A DNA stretch of 52,439 bases from Cytophagales bacterium. Its GTDB lineage: Bacteria; Bacteroidota; Bacteroidia; Cytophagales; JAHDFW01. How positions within the stretch are numbered: the stretch's first letter is position 1; every line of letters begins with the position of its first letter. The notes beneath the pieces were generated by a model. That model did no database searches. It had not been told where the DNA came from and saw only the letters and a program-made list of their open reading frames with translations. Position numbers and translations under genes: made by a program. Below are positions 49,800 through 52,439 of the stretch, one piece after another. Location: contig JAHDFW010000006.1 in NCBI GenBank assembly GCA_020627945.1, positions 1 to 52,439 of the forward strand. The letters are read 5' to 3'.

Positions 49800-52262
49800 T
49801 TGGACATAATGCTTAATAACAACAACATGCCTTCCATTAAAACCCTCTTCCTCTCCTTACTATCTTTGCTAATTTTTTCGTTTTCGGTGACTGCAAAAGA
49901 AGAAAATGAAGAACCTAAGAAAAAAAAGTATGCTGACATTATAACCAAAGATGCCATTTCAGATGAAGGGCTTTTTTCGGTTCACAAGGTTAAGGATAAG
50001 TACTACTACGAGATCCCGTTCTCAATGCTCGAAAAAGATATGCTTTGGGTTACTCGAATCTCTAAAATTGCTAACGGAATTGGTGGAGGGTATGTAAATG
50101 CTGGGTCAAAAATGAATGAGCAGGTAATCCGTTGGATAAGAAAGGATGATAAAATTATTCTTCGTTCTATTTCATTTGGAAGCATTGCGGAAGACAGTTT
50201 ACCTATTTTTGAATCCGTTGAGAACAACAATTATCACCCAATAATTGCCGCTTTAGATATTACTACCTATAACGATGATTCTACTTCAGCCCTAATCGAA
50301 GTTAATTCATTATTCTTAACAGACATCCAAACTTTTGGTGGACTTTCAAGTCAGATGCGCACAGATTATCAAGTTCGATCCCTAGATGCTTCAAGATGTT
50401 TTATTAACAGAATTGCAAGTTACCCGACCAACATTGAAGTACGTCATGATATGACCTACTCAGCGGGCAAACCTCCTTCTAACGTAAAAAGCGGCACCAT
50501 TTCTATGGAAATAGCGCAGTCTATGTATCTGTTACCTGAAAAACCGATGCAACCTCGATTGTTTGATAAACGGGTAGGTTGGTTTACGATTAGTCAAATT
50601 GACTATGGTTCAGACGCATTAAAAGCTGACAAAAAAACGTATATCCGACGTTGGAACCTTATCCCAAAAGACATTGAGGCATATAAGCGTGGAGAGTTAG
50701 TTGAACCTATAAAACCTATTGTATATTATCTTGATCCAGCAACTCCAACCAAATGGATTCCGTATTTCAAGCAAGGAATAGAAGATTGGCAAGCAGCGTT
50801 CGAGACGGCTGGGTTTAAGAATGCTATTGTTGCAAAAATACCTCCTACTAAAGAAGAAGACCCTGATTGGAGTCCAGAAGATGCTCGTTATTCAACGGTG
50901 CGATATGTTGCAACCACGACACGAAATGCGTTGGGACCAAGTGTAATTGATCCTAGGTCAGGAGAAATAATTGAAAGTGACATTGTTTGGTTTCACAATC
51001 ACTTACGCTCCTACCGCAATAGATATATGATTGAAACAGGTGCAGCCAACCCAAGTGCCCGCACTCTAGACACACCAGAAGAAGAGATTGGAGAAATGAT
51101 GCGTCGTGTAATTTCACATGAAGTAGGACATGCTCTAGGCTTACCTCACAATATGAAAGCAAGTTATGCCTATCCAACCGACTCACTACGTTCTGCTTCG
51201 TTTACTCAAAAATGGGGACTAGCAACAACAATCATGGATTATACACGCTACAACTATGTTGCTCAACCAGGAGATGAAGGTGTTCGTTGGGTTAGGATGT
51301 TAGGCCCCTACGACCTGTATGCTATCAACTGGGGATATCGTTTTATCCCAGAAGCTACTAATGCTAATTCTGAAAAGGAGACTTTGAATAAATGGATCAC
51401 CGATAAAAAAGGCGACCCTATGTATTTATTCGGGCAGCAACTTTGGCGACCTTTTGACCCTGCTTCTCAAACAGAATCAGTTGGAGATGATCCGATCAAA
51501 GCAAGCACCTATGCCCTATCTAACTTAAAAATCGTGGCTAAAAACCTTAAGGAATGGACCAGTACTCCAGGTGAAGGTTATGAAGATCTTAACGAGTTGT
51601 ATGGTGAATTAATTGGATGCTGGAGTCGATTTGCAAATCATGTAGTAGTGAATGTTGGAGGGGTATACGAAACACCACTTACTTCAGATCAAAAAGGAGT
51701 TATTTACGCTCATATCGCCAGAGATGAACAAATAAAGTCTATTAAGTTTTTAAATGAACATGTATTTGAAACACCTGTATGGCTTTTACCAAGATCTATT
51801 ATAGACAATATCAAACCAAATGGTTCTACCGATAGAATTAAAACCATGCAGAGTAAAATCTTAAGTAACTTACTGGTAAAAGAACGGTTAATGAGAATGG
51901 TAGACAATGAAGCATTGAATCCTGATAATGCTTATACGTTACATGAAATGCTTAAAGATCTTAGAAAAGGAATCTGGGCCGAAGTTGAAGAAAAAGCTAA
52001 CATTGATCCATATCGTAGAAACTTACAGAGGGAGCACGTGAAATACTTAATAAAACTAATGAATCAATCTTTCATGAACCCTGATGAAGTGGGTGCAGCC
52101 GCTCGAGGTGAATTATTAACTTTGAAGAAGATGGCTGAAAAAGGAAAAAAGAAGTATAAGAAGAATCGTGCGGTAAAAAATCATTTAGCTGATCTTGAGG
52201 CACAAATTAAGCTTTGTTTTAAAACTGCACCTGAGCCATCAAAACCTGTCGTGCAGAAATAA
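49800..52262 (+). CDS. Secreted zinc metalloprotease (metzincin-like HExxHxxGxxH; large Bacteroidota DUF5117/DUF4953-type architecture)
   Basis: HEVGHALGLPHN zinc-binding motif with a signal peptide. The track starts at TTG 49800, but ATG 49809 or ATG 49827 (MPSIKTLFLSLLSLLIFSFSVTA) are the more likely starts. Confidence 0.88.
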   Translation: MDIMLNNNNMPSIKTLFLSLLSLLIFSFSVTAKEENEEPKKKKYADIITKDAISDEGLFSVHKVKDKYYYEIPFSMLEKDMLWVTRISKIANGIGGGYVNAGSKMNEQVIRWIRKDDKIILRSISFGSIAEDSLPIFESVENNNYHPIIAALDITTYNDDSTSALIEVNSLFLTDIQTFGGLSSQMRTDYQVRSLDASRCFINRIASYPTNIEVRHDMTYSAGKPPSNVKSGTISMEIAQSMYLLPEKPMQPRLFDKRVGWFTISQIDYGSDALKADKKTYIRRWNLIPKDIEAYKRGELVEPIKPIVYYLDPATPTKWIPYFKQGIEDWQAAFETAGFKNAIVAKIPPTKEEDPDWSPEDARYSTVRYVATTTRNALGPSVIDPRSGEIIESDIVWFHNHLRSYRNRYMIETGAANPSARTLDTPEEEIGEMMRRVISHEVGHALGLPHNMKASYAYPTDSLRSASFTQKWGLATTIMDYTRYNYVAQPGDEGVRWVRMLGPYDLYAINWGYRFIPEATNANSEKETLNKWITDKKGDPMYLFGQQLWRPFDPASQTESVGDDPIKASTYALSNLKIVAKNLKEWTSTPGEGYEDLNELYGELIGCWSRFANHVVVNVGGVYETPLTSDQKGVIYAHIARDEQIKSIKFLNEHVFETPVWLLPRSIIDNIKPNGSTDRIKTMQSKILSNLLVKERLMRMVDNEALNPDNAYTLHEMLKDLRKGIWAEVEEKANIDPYRRNLQREHVKYLIKLMNQSFMNPDEVGAAARGELLTLKKMAEKGKKKYKKNRAVKNHLADLEAQIKLCFKTAPEPSKPVVQK

Positions 52263-52267
52263 TTGGT

Positions 52268-52291
52268 AATTGGTCAAACACTTGACCAATT
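52268..52291. terminator. Perfect 10-bp stem / 4-nt loop hairpin between convergent genes (candidate bidirectional terminator)
   Basis: AATTGGTCAA-ACAC-TTGACCAATT, 6 nt after the metalloprotease stop and 33 nt from the stop of the convergent partial CDS. The flanking T-tract is weak. Confidence 0.4.
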
Positions 52292-52323
52292 TGGTAGACT
52301 AGGAGTAACTCATTTAAAAGGAT

Positions 52324-52439
52324 TACTCCTTATAAACCTCTGCATAATTCATTACATAACTGCAATGATAAATATTATCTGCGTTGAGCCAAAAGACTCC
52401 TTTGATTGTAACTACTTCATCCATCTTAAAACTTACTTC
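52324..52439 (-). CDS. Partial CDS (C-terminal 38 codons, begins beyond the window end), function unknown
   Basis: Minus-strand frame open from the window edge: ...EVSFKMDEVVTIKGVFWLNADNIYHCSYVMNYAEVYKE, then TAA at 52324-52326. Confidence 0.3.

Noticed and set aside
50006-51907. Minus-strand ORFs 50006-50230, 50953-51186 and 51710-51907 inside the metalloprotease gene; also 39746-39937 (+, out of frame) inside the S10 peptidase gene.
   Set aside because: Nested shadow ORFs opposite to, or out of frame with, motif-supported genes.
1-52439. Search for rRNA, tRNA, CRISPR repeats, transposase/IS ends, integrase or phage genes, toxin-antitoxin pairs and known defence-system genes.
   Set aside because: None were seen. 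The intergenic regions are short and AT-rich, there are no regularly spaced direct repeats, and no ORF carries DDE, tyrosine-recombinase or nuclease-type motifs. GC or codon-usage shifts that might indicate horizontal acquisition of the NRPS could not be computed by eye.

Overview
AT-rich segment that looks like Bacteroidota (Flavobacteriia/Cytophagia-like), judged from T9SS type A and type B C-terminal sorting domains, PorP/SprF and PorE-like genes, and one TAnnTTTG -7 box. The main feature is a single 22.4-kb reading frame (1396..23844, minus strand) encoding a 7482-aa nonribosomal peptide synthetase. By motif reading its domain order is C'(half)-A-T-C-A-T-C-A-T-C-T-C-A-T-C-C-A-T-C-A-T-C: 6 A domains, 7 T domains, 8 full C domains, and no TE, E or MT domain. 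Directly upstream on the same strand are a free-standing ACP-like carrier protein with an N-terminal extension and a 1580-aa tandem-fused double UvrA-like ATPase. Both halves of that ATPase lack the UvrB-binding domain, as in the DrrC/Ecm16/UvrA2 type. Two small polytopic membrane proteins lie directly downstream. I read this as an orphan NRPS locus, possibly with a DNA-protection type self-resistance gene, and it is the best candidate for something undescribed. The assembly line breaks colinearity at four points: an N-terminal half C domain, an A-less C-T module, a C-C tandem and a terminal C domain. The rest of the window is ordinary accessory content. It holds two T9SS cargo / PorP-SprF / PorE-like (OmpA-family) modules, a type A CTD adhesin-like protein, a TPR protein and an S10 serine carboxypeptidase. 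It also holds a membrane metallophosphoesterase, a stand-alone receiver domain and a large metzincin-like protease. I saw no rRNA, tRNA, CRISPR array or transposase. All domain boundaries come from reading motifs by eye and are approximate (about +/-30-60 nt).
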